A stretch of DNA of 64,000 nucleotides. Origin: Psammoneis japonica. Its lineage: Eukaryota. Positions 24,018-37,000 of this stretch are shown here, piece after piece. Within the stretch, counting starts at the first letter, position 1; every line of letters starts with the position of its first letter. Below the pieces are notes generated by a model. The model was not told the origin of the DNA, ran no database searches, and saw nothing but the letters and a program-made list of their open reading frames with translations. A program made the position numbers and the translations under genes. Where the stretch lies: contig QPGO01000009.1 of the NCBI GenBank assembly GCA_008632985.1, forward strand, positions 248,001-312,000. The letters run 5' to 3'.

Positions 24018-25432
24018 ATGATGACAACTAATACGGCAGACCGCGACGGCAACAAAACACCTACTACCAATGTCAGTGAGCATGATTCGGACATGGTTGA
24101 TAGTGGCTATTTGTCCGACAAGGAAGACGCGATAACGGCACCGGAATCGTCCGACGATAGTCCAACCGACTTTTCGTCGGGTGAAACTGATGACACATCC
24201 GAGAGCGATTGGAAGTCGACCCCCACCCCGGAAGAAAGAATAACAATGGCGGTGGCCAAATCCGAGCTATTCCATTTGGATGAACGAGCAAGCGGAAATC
24301 GCTCATCATCGGAGTCGTCCTTGTCGATAGACAGTGACACCAGCGATGAGAACAAATGGGATGTTAAGTACTTACAAAAGAAACAACGGCTTATGAAGCG
24401 TGCCTCAGACTTCGTAAGCCAGGAGAAAGCCTATGATGCTTCAGTTGCTAAAGCGACGGTTTCAAAGTCATCTATTGATTCACCACTATGGGCGGAGGCG
24501 AAGGAGCTAGTGGCTGTACTCTGTGAGCGCCTAGACGGGGTTGTTCGCACTGTATCACAGAAACGAAATCAGTCTTCATTGGAACGTCTTCGAAGCCGAA
24601 AAAGGAAATTGATTGATCTAAGCACCGTTTGTCACATGTATTCTCGAGCTATGGACAATGGAGTAATTCTTCTCGTCAACACGCTTGAAACCTCCGTTTC
24701 TGTCTTCAGTCCAGTTCATACTGAGGGAATGTGGCTGGCTAGGATATTGAGCAAGTTGTGGAGAGTACCGAGTGGCGAAGACTCCAATCGTATCGCATGT
24801 AGGGAACAATGGAATATACATTCTGATCCTTATTCTGGTATTGTCTCGACAGTACCGAAAAACTTTCAGCCCAACGAGTCAAAGAGCCTTGACGAAGCCA
24901 TGCGGCTCACACACGTCGCACAGTAAGTTTTTGTTGTATTCTCCCAAGGCCTTTTTTCCAGCAGCTTTCGAAGCACTCAACTGTGTTTGCCTTGGCCTTC
25001 TGCTTTATGTGCAGGTTAATAACACAATCAGTTCCGCCATTTGTTGTGGTTCATGCAAACAGATCATTCTCTGCGCTTGCGGGCATTATGACCGAGAATG
25101 TCATCGGCCGTCCTGTGGAGTCTATTCTTCAGGTGGACCCTGAAAACAGCATCGACGGTACAACACAAGTGGGGGTATCTGGATACTCTGCAACTCTTAA
25201 GAATCAAAGTATGGACCCCACAGCCTCCTCCTACAGGATGCACGTCATACCCGTCATGGACAAGACTGCGACGAGCAAAACGCCGATTTCTTTAGGTCGA
25301 ATGTCACATGTACTCATCCAGATAGAACCCGTGATATCCAAGAGTGCTGACGGCGATGCGTTTATGAGAGCTATGAGTTGTGCTACGTACCGTGGATCAA
25401 GTGCCACTACTCTTGTAGGTGATTTTGGATAA
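24018..25432 (+). CDS. Ser/acidic-rich protein with C-terminal PAS-like domain (paralogue B); exons 24018-24922 and 25015-25432
   Basis: GTAAGT...TGCAG intron 24923-25014 joins THVAQ^LITQSVPPFVVVHANRSFSALAGIMTENVIGRPVESIL. Same intron phase and position as paralogue A. Confidence 0.75.
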
Positions 25433-25985
25433 GAAGGCCACGAGCTACGGAAGAAGAGCGGGATAGAGCGACTGGTGCATATTGCATATGTTAGAAACAG
25501 TGGCAAGGGGGAAAATGCCGCTGGTAGGCTGCTATTTATAACTATCGTTGTTTCAAGAAGGTACTCTTTCTTTCCACCAAATAGAGCTATTCTGTAGTAG
25601 AGACGTCGGCTAGTATCTAGAAACCTGGAGGAAAGAAACGTTCTTCACTATTTTCGATCGTCAGCTCTTTATTTTATGCTCCCGGCCTTTCTACTCTCTG
25701 CTCTAGCTCTAGTAGTAGCTACCGGCACTCACAAATAGCGAGAGCGATCGATTCGTCCGGCCGGCCGTTCGTTCGAGAGAGATTCCTTGTCGCCAAAGAA
25801 GCAAAACAAATCTGGCTTTTCGCATTTGTGGTTGTGTGTCCTTGCTTTTCCATTTGACCTCGATTGATTCGATCCATTTCGTACCCAACTCTTGCGGACA
25901 ACCGCAACGACCACCCGCAGTCAGTGAAAGAAAAGCAACACGCCGGACTATGAGATTCCAACCTAATACTTCAAATTCATTTCTG

Positions 25986-28155
25986 CTAATGAGCCACTTT
26001 TTGAAACAAGTGCCGACGTTGGTTTTCAAAGTCTTCCTTGTTGGACGATGCTTCCTTGGAAAAGCAAACTTCATAAATGGACTCGACAAAGGTAATGATA
26101 AGTGTAAAGATCATGACGGCAATAAAGGCTACTCCCGCCCAATAATGACGCGACGTGTCCTTTTGCAGGGCGTGTTGATCTTGCTTGTCCTTGGGAATGA
26201 GTCCAAGTAACACGAGGGGGACAGGTCCAACGAGACCACACAAGAGCGACAGCTTCCACACACCGTCAAAGTTTCCTGACGCAATGGTTTCCGACGACAC
26301 GTCCCACACTCCGGTAAGAGCAGTGGATATATCAAAGGCAAGTGAGCCAGCCAAGTTGCTCCACGTTGTCAACATAGCGTACGTGGTTCCTTCACTTCCC
26401 GCTGGACACAGTCCCAAATACATGATGCACATGGGAAGAAACTGGACAGCAATCACAAACTCCACCAGAATGTCGTCACCCATGCTGAACCAAATATCCG
26501 GAATCCCAATACGCCGATTCCACCCAAAGACTAAAATGATTTGTCCCAGCGCAATGATAGTGGCCAGTGTCGTGCACCAAAAGTACACAATTCTCCAATT
26601 GGACGCAAAAAAGAATTTCTTGTACGCCATAATTCCAAGCCATGCCATGATGCTCCCGCCAATGCTCACGATACCAATTTTCCACGCTTCAAAGTCCAGT
26701 CCCTCGACCAAAAAATTCATCCATGCGGCATTGGTGAGTTGGAGCGCATTGTAAACGTACACAAAAGTCATGGGCTGCCAAACGGATCGTAGTTGGACCG
26801 TGTGAAACAAATCTTGGCATTGTACGACAAAACTTTTTGGGGCGCAGCCAGTTTCCAATTCCAAGAGATAGGGAACGACGGGAAGCAAAAAGAGCAAGGC
26901 AAAGACGCCATTGATGAAAAAGACAACATTGATGGGCAAGTACCAATCCCACGTTTCCTTATTGTACACCAATGCCCCAATTGTAGCTCCAATGGTGGAA
27001 CCAAAGAAACGAATGATATAACCCGTACTTTGCATGGTGCCTCTTGATTCGTCCGGCTCGTACCGCGATCGTTCCACAATGAGCGCGTCCGTCATGACAT
27101 CGGCCAGCATGTATCCAGCCGTTTGCGTAAACACAAATAGAGTACACCATTGAATGTTGGGCTGTGGTGTCATGGCCAAAATGAGATTGCTACCAATGTA
27201 CACACACCAACCAATCATGAAATAGGGCTTTCGTCGCAATCCCGAAATGGGAAGACAGTCCGATAAGAACCCGTACAAGACCTTGAAGCACCACGGAACC
27301 GCCACTGTGAATAAAACGTAAAATAAGTGGGAATGTCAGAATGTTTCAGCATAATTCTCGCATCAAATAATTAACACTCCAACTACTCTACAATCTCTGC
27401 AACGACAATCATACTACACACTCACTGACGGTAAAGAGCACATTGACTTGTGCGGCCGACGCATCCAAGTCTTGAATAAAGTACACAATCAGTGGCGTTC
27501 TCAAGAGCTGCAGTGCCACACCTATACAAAAGTAAGATATGGGTATTGCCAAATTGGGAAGCGAATAAAAGCGGTACATCCATTCCGGTGTTTCGCCCGA
27601 TTCTTTGAGACTCTGTTGTTGTTCTGGATTGAGCGGCGTGTAAATGTCTAGCCCAAACCAATTGTGCAAGTAGACCGACGACCACGCAATGTATCCGTCT
27701 TCGAGTCGACCATACCATCGTTTCGTAAAACGTCGTCCATCGTGAGCATGACAAATGTAGTAGGGACCCTCATAGTAGGGTGCACGTTGCCCGTGACAAT
27801 CAAACAATTGTGGTGGTTCGTCTGTAATACCGTCAAAATTGGTAGATGTCACTGACACGACCGACGCGGTATCATTGTGTGTCAGAGGAGGAGGAGAGTA
27901 CGGGCGTTGTCGTTGTTTTTGTTGTCTTGGTGGCATGAAGCCAATTCCAGTTGCCGCGCCGTCGTTGGGAACAGCATGAAACGCGTTGCTCGGCTCGTCA
28001 TGTTCGTCTTCCTGACTCGTCATGGAGGAAACACCCAATCGAATGGCTAATCGTGTCGCTTCAGCATTAGCAGCGGCGAGTTCATCCTGAGGTTGTTGAG
28101 AAGTCGTTCGACGGGGACCTGATTCGCCAGGTTGCAAAGCATCATGGTTGTTCAT
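25986..28155 (-). CDS. Folate-biopterin transporter (BT1 family, MFS); exons 28155-27426 and 27304-25986
   Basis: PWCFKVLYGFLSDCLPISGLRRKPY, ADVMTDALIVERS and LCPAGSEGTTYAMLTTWSN are BT1/FBT hallmarks. The GTGAGT...CACAG intron joins VLFTVM^AVPW in frame. Start ATG is uncertain. Confidence 0.9.
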
Positions 28156-28489
28156 GTTTTCAGTTGTAGCGGTATGTTGTATGGATGTTGGATGTTGGAT
28201 TTGTTTGTGTTGTTCAACCACGGGCGGTTCAACCGACGTTTGAACTCAAATGAATATATTTGTGACCTAATATAAAATTTAAAATTGAGCCGTTACAGAT
28301 ACTTTAACAAGTACATATCCAATTGAACATGCATGTTTATCAATTATTTTATAATATATGTATTTTTCATATATTTTTCCAACGGCTACTAACGCTGTTC
28401 ACGATAATTTCTAATTGACGCAAAACACACTACAGTGCATACAGTGCCATACTTCTTATGTTTTCGTTTGAATGAGCCATGATGGTGAC

Positions 28490-31000
28490 TTCCCCCAACA
28501 CTGGCACTTAAGCCGCGGAGCCATTTTTTCCACTTGTGACAGAAATCGTGTCTTGCGTTGACCCCAAATGGTGTCAGGGAATCTGGGCTGATGGAGAATT
28601 CCAAGAACGACACCCAGAATTTGTGCAGCAGCTGAGCAAGGAAAACAGCAAAACCAAAGCCATCCGGCTCCTCTCTGCAACTCTTTTGTCCAAAGCCATG
28701 CACCTGCCACACAGTGACAACAACCACACATCAAGAAAAGGCCTTGCAGAAGCAATGTTCATTTCTTGCATCGCCAATGGGGGGGCAAAAGCAGCGTGGT
28801 TTGGTTGGCCATGCACGTGCTTCTGTGTGGGCCAGACTGTCTTTTTCAAGCACTTGGAAGCCATGACCCACATTGTGACCGAGGCAGCAGAAACGTGCAA
28901 CATCTTGGACAGTTGGAAGAAACACTTGGTTCCATCCATGGAGGAGCAAAAAGTCTGAACCTTTTTGATGAAATTGAGGGGTTGGGTGCACTGAAAGCTG
29001 AGCGCCACATCGTTGAGCCAATGTCTCGCCATCAAGCATTTTGGAGTTTCGCCCTCTTGCTCTCAGTTGCAAAGTTTGACCTGTTGCTGCCACAGCAGGT
29101 TAGAGCTGGCAGCAGTTGTTGGGTTGTCTTGTGCAGAAATTGCGCTCACAAAATGACAGCATTTTTTCATTCTCGTGTTTTTGCAGGCAGCCTCAGCTCT
29201 CAAACTTCCTGTGAGACATTTCCCGCCAACCACGTCAAACTGACAGATGCTCTCAAGGATCATTTCTTGGCTGGATTTTTGCTGCTTTGCACAAGGATGA
29301 AAAGAACTCATTGCAAGTTAGAAATTGAAGCACCCCACTGCGTTCCCAAAGGATGGAGACAAGCATCTGATGCAACTGCTGCAGATGAGAAGGACACTGG
29401 GAAGAACGATGCAAGGGGAAACTTGAATTTTGTTTCAAGGCATGGCAAAAACACAGCAAAAAAAAACAACACAGACTGGTTGCATGATTTTCACCATGTT
29501 TTGCTCACTTCTTGAAAAAGTGGAGAACATGTTTCCCACAGGACAAGCAATGAAGGAGTTCATTGGGATGATGGCAGGTCTTGATTTTCTGCCTTTCTGA
29601 ATGCTCCTTGACTGCAACGAAAAAAAAAAGCATCACAGCAAGAAGTGCAATGGGAAGGAAATGTTTTGAATGGGTTGAACACTTCAGAAGACATTTCAGG
29701 TGCAACTTGGAACCAGCGATGTAAAAGAGATGCACTTCACAGTTCGACTCACATGGAGAACTTCATGAGAGAGCTCACTCATGCATTGGATGGCAAGAAA
29801 GGCCCACAAAACCTGTGCAATGCCTTTTTCTGTGGAAGGACGTTTGCGCTGATGTTGGATTGATTGAAGACAATGGTGGACTGCCGAAGATGAAATGGAT
29901 TCCACAAAATCTGTTTCTGAGCACTGTTCACCAGCTGAGGAAGCAGGAGTGTACAAAACAATGGCCGCCATTGCAGAAGAGCTTGACGGTGCTTTGGACA
30001 TGTCTTGTTTCCAGTCGCGAGCACGCCACCACCAAGCAAAGTTGGGTTTTGCACTCCAGCCATGCCCTGTCGAAGAGATTTCAGAGGCTTGCGAAGACAT
30101 CCTCAAAAGGAGGCATTGAACGAATTGAAGGTGACGGGGACACCCACCCATGAGCGAAAGCGACCCCGCTGAGATGATCGCTCCGAACCATCATGATTTC
30201 AACAGACACCAAGAAAGAAGACGTCGAAGAGGTTTATTCATTTTATATGATGACAACTTTGAGTCATTCTTCCTCGTCGTGTTTTGGACCACATGTTTCA
30301 TCGTCGTGTGAAGGCATTGCGAAAGACGCAGAGCATCCCCTCCTGGAATGCTCAACCGCAAACCAAGCCAAGCTTCATCATTCATCAGCTAAATTGCCAG
30401 TGCATCAAATAAAGAACGAAACACTGAAAAGCTGCTGCCTCTCCTTGCGTTGGCTTTTGGACCACACAGCCAGCTATGCAAGAGCGAGCTTCCAGCTAGA
30501 TTGTTTGCGTCCCTTGGCAGTTACAATCTGCCAGTGCTCAGAGACCACTTAGTGATTCATGAACACGTGCCGACATTGCAGAGTTCATTGCACAGTGGAA
30601 ATCAGAGAACTGCAATGGTTGTGAAGTGCGGTTGCTTTCTGGAAAAAACCAATTGTCCGGTGAGGAGAATCAGAACGTCGTCAAAAAAAGTTGATGGAAA
30701 CGCTTGGGGCATCAGAGATTCAGAGCTTACGACTTTGCTTCTCAGATGCCAACGACGTTTTGGTTTCTTGACATAACACTCGTCTTCTATACAGTGATGA
30801 TATTGAGGCTTACCGCGAAACGTTGCTAAACTCAAAAACAATGCAAACGTCCAATGAGTAACAATGCCGTTCAAGGGAATGCACACATTCAAGCAGGGCT
30901 TGATGGGGACCACATTTGATCAGAAGGTGTGTTGCAAAGGATGGAGCTTTCAGCAGATCGAAGAGATGGAAACGGCCTTGGTTGATCAGTGTGTGCATTC
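28490..31000. other. TpA-depleted block 4 (decayed unidentified coding sequence), depletion fading toward ~30.2-31 kb
   Basis: Abrupt shift from the AT-rich promoter (28250-28450) to near TA-free DNA, with fragmentary protein-like + strand ORFs lacking Tyr. Confidence 0.65.
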
Positions 31001-32227
31001 CTCGGCCGCATGTAGTTTCTCCCTAAAGCTATGCGGAATACAGTAGATACCTGAATCAATGACATTGCCTCCAGATAATTTGTCGCAAGGTACTTTCGAG
31101 CGAGTGTCACGGTAAGCATAAATCGCTTTGAATACTTCGCGTCGTGCGTTCAGAATCACGGTACATTAGACGAGGTGTCCGGATCGTTCTTTCAGTTTGT
31201 TTCGCCCTCAGCTTGACCTGCTCGGTTATCGGCTTGAACGCTTTTAGTAAAACATGACAAAGTGGAAACAACAATAGCAATGTCTATTGAAAGGCCAGCA
31301 AACGCACCCACGAGGTTATCGAGAGCAACACCACGGACCACGGACAAAAGAAACAATCGTCGCATACCAACTCTCAACTCTTCTGGCCGAGCAACTGTCA
31401 AGCTGAACAAGAACGCGAGAGAGACTGTGCCGAAAGGGTAAGAGAGTCCTACTAGCTATGAGCAGTCATTGCTTCTCGCGAAAGCATGACACGGCTAGCA
31501 GAATTTCAATGCGGAGCCCAAAGTACATGTTGTATGTGTAGATGACTCGTCTGGAACTGCATCATTTCCATTTCCGACAGAATGCTCTCTGGTTTCCTTG
31601 ACACTTGATACTATCGGCCATGAAAGTAACTCCAGTAGACCGAAACATCAATCGTATAAGTTACCGGTATGTGCTGGGGCACGGAAGCGCAGTGAGTTTG
31701 TCAAAACTGCCTTTGCCGGCCGAGTAGTGTGGGTCTACACCGGTACAAAACTCCACAGCGCGTCAAAAGTGCTACGGACGTAGCATTGCTGGCCTGAATA
31801 ATAAAAAAAAGGTCGACAAAACTTGAAAACAAAGAACCTACACGAGTTCTTCGCCTTTTTTTCCTCTACAGAGAGATCCTTTTCTCACGCCCAAGGCAAT
31901 TTTGCAGGATCATCTCTACATAGGTGCAGCAGATGCGAGAGAAGGCTGGCTGGAACTGAATACACGAGAAAGTACTTGAAACCCAGGGGCAAGCTTTCTG
32001 TACTCAAACTAAAGATTTGTAGCGCGCTACGAATCGTTTTCCCCCATCGTTCCATGCTCAATGCGACTGGCTTTGCCGCTTTTCTTTACAGCCGTTTTTC
32101 CCGTTTTTGAGCTGAAGCTATGGTACTCCCTCTATTAATACCAGTCACTGCACCAGCCATGTCGACCGACGGACATTTCCAGATGCACTGACTGGAAGAG
32201 ATCATTTCACCGTCGTTTTCAATTCAC

Positions 32228-33482
32228 TCATGGCGGCCATCGGCCATGGCGGCGGATCTGACAACTGGTATCAACAACGCAACACGACCTTTCCGAGGTC
32301 GTAACCTTCTTAGTAGAGTGGTCATTCCTACTTCTACTAACCTTATTACGTTCATTCAAAATCATCTCCTCTGGAACGGCAAAGACCCGATGAAGAGGAG
32401 CACACACATCCAAGGCCGTCTTGGTCTTCATACTGAGCGCCCCCTCCACCATGCTTACTTCGTCGACATGAATAGACGAAAGGCGCTTGTCGGGCAGCTG
32501 CATTTGCGCTGAATTAGTTTCTGGTAACACCTGACTTGCTCCATTACGCATGGCCGCCTGTGATCGTAAAAGTTTTCGCCGATTCTTGGAAGCAAGACGT
32601 TCTTCGTATTGAATGCGGACCAAAGCTGTCAATTCACCACGATTGTACCGTCCCCCCTCACCGTCTTCATCGTGTAGTACGACATCCAAGAGTTTGGCGA
32701 TTGGATAGGCGATTGGACACAATAGAATCATGACGAGTTTGGCCATTGGAGCCAAACTGGCTGCCGATTCCAACTGATTGGGCCCCGTGAACAGCGCGGA
32801 CGGTATGATTTCTCCAAAAAACAAAACCAACGTGACAGAAAGGATCACAGCCATGTAGCTTCCTACTAGGGAGTCCAAAAAAAGAGGGGAAGGGCTTCGT
32901 TGGCAATCGAATTCAAGAGTAAGAGTGATACGAGCAGTAGGTGATGTTGCTTGACAATCGGTAGCAGTCTCTGGGCCTGACGCTTTTCCTGGGGACTCGC
33001 CGCCGCTCGAATCTTGATGTGAAGCGACAAAGGATCGATACTGAGAAGTCCCATGGTCAAGCCAGCAGCCAAGGCAGCCGTCACGACACAGACAGCAGCC
33101 ATTGAGGCATTTCGAATGTAAAACCATTTGTCCTTTTCAGTTGCCTCCTCCTCTAGTAAGCTCCGCTCCGACGAACACGGAGGAATCTTATCGCCCAACA
33201 TTTCGTACAGTACTTGCCAGCGGATTCGTCGTTTTCGTGACACCAAAATATTACACCCATAGATTCCAACAATGCAACAGCATCACGAACATCCTTATTG
33301 TCTGCTGAATCAGCATGTTGCACTCCGGTATTGAATCGCCTCGGCGTTGCGTGAACTGAAAAAGCAACCGAGTCCACAGCAGCGATTCTGGCAAAAGAGA
33401 AGCGCCAATTGGCGGTAGCAATTATAAGTAGAAGTAGTAAGCGATTCTTTGCCATTTGCTGCAGCATAAACATGATGGCCAT
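32228..33482 (-). pseudogene. CNNM/DUF21 (CBS-associated metal transporter) gene, frameshifted and truncated
   Basis: AALAAGLTMGLLSIDP, HHLLLVSLLLLNSIANEALPLF, VTLVLFFGEIIPSA, PIAYPIAKLLD, RGELTALV and DEVSMVEGALSMKTKTA are DUF21 motifs. Frame changes occur at ~33205 and in a 7-nt homopolymer at 32877-32883, and similarity ends early in the CBS region. A sequencing error in the homopolymer cannot be excluded. Confidence 0.7.
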
Positions 33483-33614
33483 TACAGGGAAGTACGTAAC
33501 GCAATGCTGTTGTATGATTTACAAAACAACCAAGAGAGACGAAGATCCCCCCCGGCCGCTCAGGGATGCTTCTTGCAAAAGCGATCAACGCTTAAGTAGA
33601 GTCGTGAACCACGA

Positions 33615-33700
33615 CTACCCCAAAAAATGCTAGGTTCTAACCCAAAAAATGCCAGGTTACCCCAAAAAATGCCAGGTTCTACCCCAAAAAATGCTAGGTT
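33615..33700. repeat. Minisatellite, four ~21-bp units CCCAAAAAATGCYAGGTT(CT)A
   Basis: Four copies read directly in the intergenic region between the CNNM-like gene and RPA1. Confidence 0.9.
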
Positions 33701-34072
33701 AAACGTTCGCAACACCGTTCATCGTCATTGTGAAAATCGCGACGTTACCCCCTTGCAGCGAGAATAGCGCGCTTCGCACGCCCCCTGTTGGTCGTATGAT
33801 CGTTAGGCGCTAGAACTGTGGGAACAAGACATTCTCTAGCTACGCTACATTATATTTATTTTCATACAAGTACATACATGAGTATCATACCAATACGGCA
33901 ATGAGCTCATCACCCATTCATGCACGCGTCGCCTCCAGCAGAAAACTAACAGCGGAAGCGCTCTGCGCAGCGATGGTGCTACCGGTATGACATCGATCGT
34001 TGTGTGTTGCTGATAAATATCGCTCACTAATACAGCTGCTACTACTACTACCCCCTTTACTCGATTACCATC

Positions 34073-37000
34073 ATGGCGTTGGCGGATCCAAGCAGATCCA
34101 TTGTTCGACGACAGGTCCAGAGTGTTGAATTTGGGTGAGTCTTTTACCCGTATGAAGTTGAACACGAAGGAACGAATGAGAGAGCGGGCTGTACCTTATG
34201 CTGTGTAGTCAATTCGTATTCTCTCAAACACACTGTGAAAATTACCAATCACTCACCCACCTATCCCAAATCAAATCGTCTTATCGTTATTCATATACAC
34301 ACAGCTTTTACACAGACGATGACGTTCGGACTCGTTCTGTATGCGAAGTCACGTCTCCTCAATCGCTCGATGCCTTGGGAACGCCACTTCCCTTCGGAAT
34401 GTACGATGCTCGTATGGGCCCCACCGACATGCGTTCCCCACCCTGTGTGACGTGTGGTTGCACCTTTCAAGACTGTCCTGGACACGCTGGTCATGTCGAG
34501 TTATGCGTTCCGACCTATCATCCGCTGCTCTTTGCCCGGTTGTTGGAATTGCTGAGGTGCAAGTGTTTTAACTGCCATCGTCTTCGTTGGTCGCAACGAC
34601 AAGTGGAAATGGCAAAGACACAATTCGTGTTGTTGGAACAAGGACGAATCAAGGAAGCACAAGAATTAGAATCGGAACTAGCGCAAGCCTTGCATGCCGC
34701 ACGAAGTCAACGTGTAGACGGGGAAACCGTGAAACCGGTATCCGAATTGCACATGGCCGCCACAGTCGATCAATTCTTGCGAGACAAACAAAAGACTACT
34801 ACTACTTCTTCTAATACAAGGACAATCGAAACGTCGGTAGAACGCCAGTTCAAACGCAATCTCGTCAAGCACGTCTTGAGTTCGTGTCGGAAGGCACGCA
34901 AGTGTGAATCCTGCGGCGCCTTTTCTCCACCCATTCGTCAGGATGCCTCCAACAAGATTTTTCAAGCACCGCTGGCGGAGGCCAATGCACGCATCAATGC
35001 CGCCGAGGGCATTATAATTCAGAGTGCTTTGGAAGAAAAAGATACGGAGGTAAATTACGAGTCGGATGATACTCGAGACAATCATGACGACGAAGATATG
35101 GAAGTCGATGGCGATGCCGCGTTGCAACAACAAGATGATGAGGATAACGATGACAGTACACCGCAGAATGATAAATTCATGCACGCGCTCGAGGTGGAAG
35201 CACAAGTCAAGCGCACGTGGTTGCTTGAACCGCAGCTTTGTCATTTTCTCTTTGGTGGTGGTACGGAAGGATACAAGACGTACTTTTTACGCGCCATTCC
35301 CGTTCCACCCTCTCGATTTCGTCCACCCATGGTGCTTGGCATCATGACGGTAGAGCACGCCCAAAACCATTATCTCAATAAAATGTTGCTTGCCAATGAC
35401 AGAGTACGAACCCTACTCAGTGAGCCTCACGAAGAGGGAGAACAAGATACAAAAGCACAAAACATGGCCATTACCACGTGGATTGAATTGCAGACCATTG
35501 TCAATTGCTACATAGACAGCAGCAAGGATCCCAGTGCCGCCGGTGCGGCGGGCAATGCTCCGTCGGGGATTCGACAAATTCTAGAGAAAAAGGAGGGTAT
35601 TTTTCGCAAACACATGATGGGCAAGCGCGTTGACTTTGCTTGTCGATCCGTCATTTCTCCCGACCCGTACGTGGGTACCAACGAGATTGGAATACCCTTG
35701 CATTTTGCAAAGACCTTGACCTATCCAACGCCCGTGACGGCACGAAATAGTGTTGAAATGCGTAAACTGGTGGAACGTGGCAAGGAGATATATCCCGGTG
35801 CGTCGTGGGTGGAATTTCCGAATGGACGACGAGTCGAGTTGGGTCGAATGGATGCCTTCAAGCGTCAAGCCGTTGCTGCACGCATCTTGGCGGAAAGCAA
35901 GGCTGGTGGACCGCCCGTCTTTGTTGGACGGCAACTACGGAACGGAGACATGATGCTGGTCAATCGACAGGTACGCTTTGTTTGAAATGAGTGCAGAGTT
36001 GTATGAACAGGTCCAAGGAAGAGATACACCAGTCATGCACCACTCTGAAGGAGACAATGTTAGATTATGACTTCCTGTTATCGGCATGGGCAAGGCGTAG
36101 AAATATGGTGTGCCCTGTGTCGTACTGAGGACTAGACTGCTGAATCGTTGTTGAATTACATTTTCCTTCATCATCGCTGACTCACTCGCAACGTTTCTCT
36201 CTTGGTCACAGCCTACGCTTCACAAACCAGGAATTATGGCACATAATGTTCGTGTCTTGCACAGTCCGACTCAGAAAACGATTCGAATGCACTATGCTAG
36301 TAAGTAGTCAGCATGATTGAGATACGAACGTTATGAAAGGTCTAGGTATCTGGTCTCCTCACGTTTTCGTTCTTCTTTCGCATTCAGACTGTAACACGTA
36401 CAACGCAGACTTCGATGGAGATGAGGTAAATACGTGTGCTTTTGATTTTGTTCCCTTTACTTTGTTTTTGCTTACATGCTAACAACAAATCATCTCATGT
36501 CTTTTTTTTTGTTACACTTGCCTCCAACACTATAATGTGCAGATGAATTGCCACTTTCCTCAAAACGATATAGCAAGAGCCGAATCCGAATTCATTGCTG
36601 CCACGGACCTTCAGTACATTGTTCCTACTGACGGATCGCCGCTGCGAGGATTGATCCAAGACCACGTTGACAGTGGTGTCAAGCTCACTTGCAAAGATAC
36701 CTTTTTGGAAAAGTGGGAGTATATGCAGCTCTTGTTTGCCACCTTGGGGGGTCTTTCCGGGCTCGAAATGATTCGGTCCGACATGGACATTACACTCGTG
36801 CCTCCTACCATTCGGAAACCAAGAGAGTTGTGGACGGGAAAGCAGGTCATTACAACGCTGCTGAATCATTTAAGAAGGGGAAATGATCGTGACGGACTCG
36901 GTCAACGAGAAGAAGGGCTTCCCGGTATTTCCCTAGAGCGAAAGGCAAAGACTCCCGAGACCGCTTTTGGTGGGAATCAACAAGAACACCTTGTCCTGGT

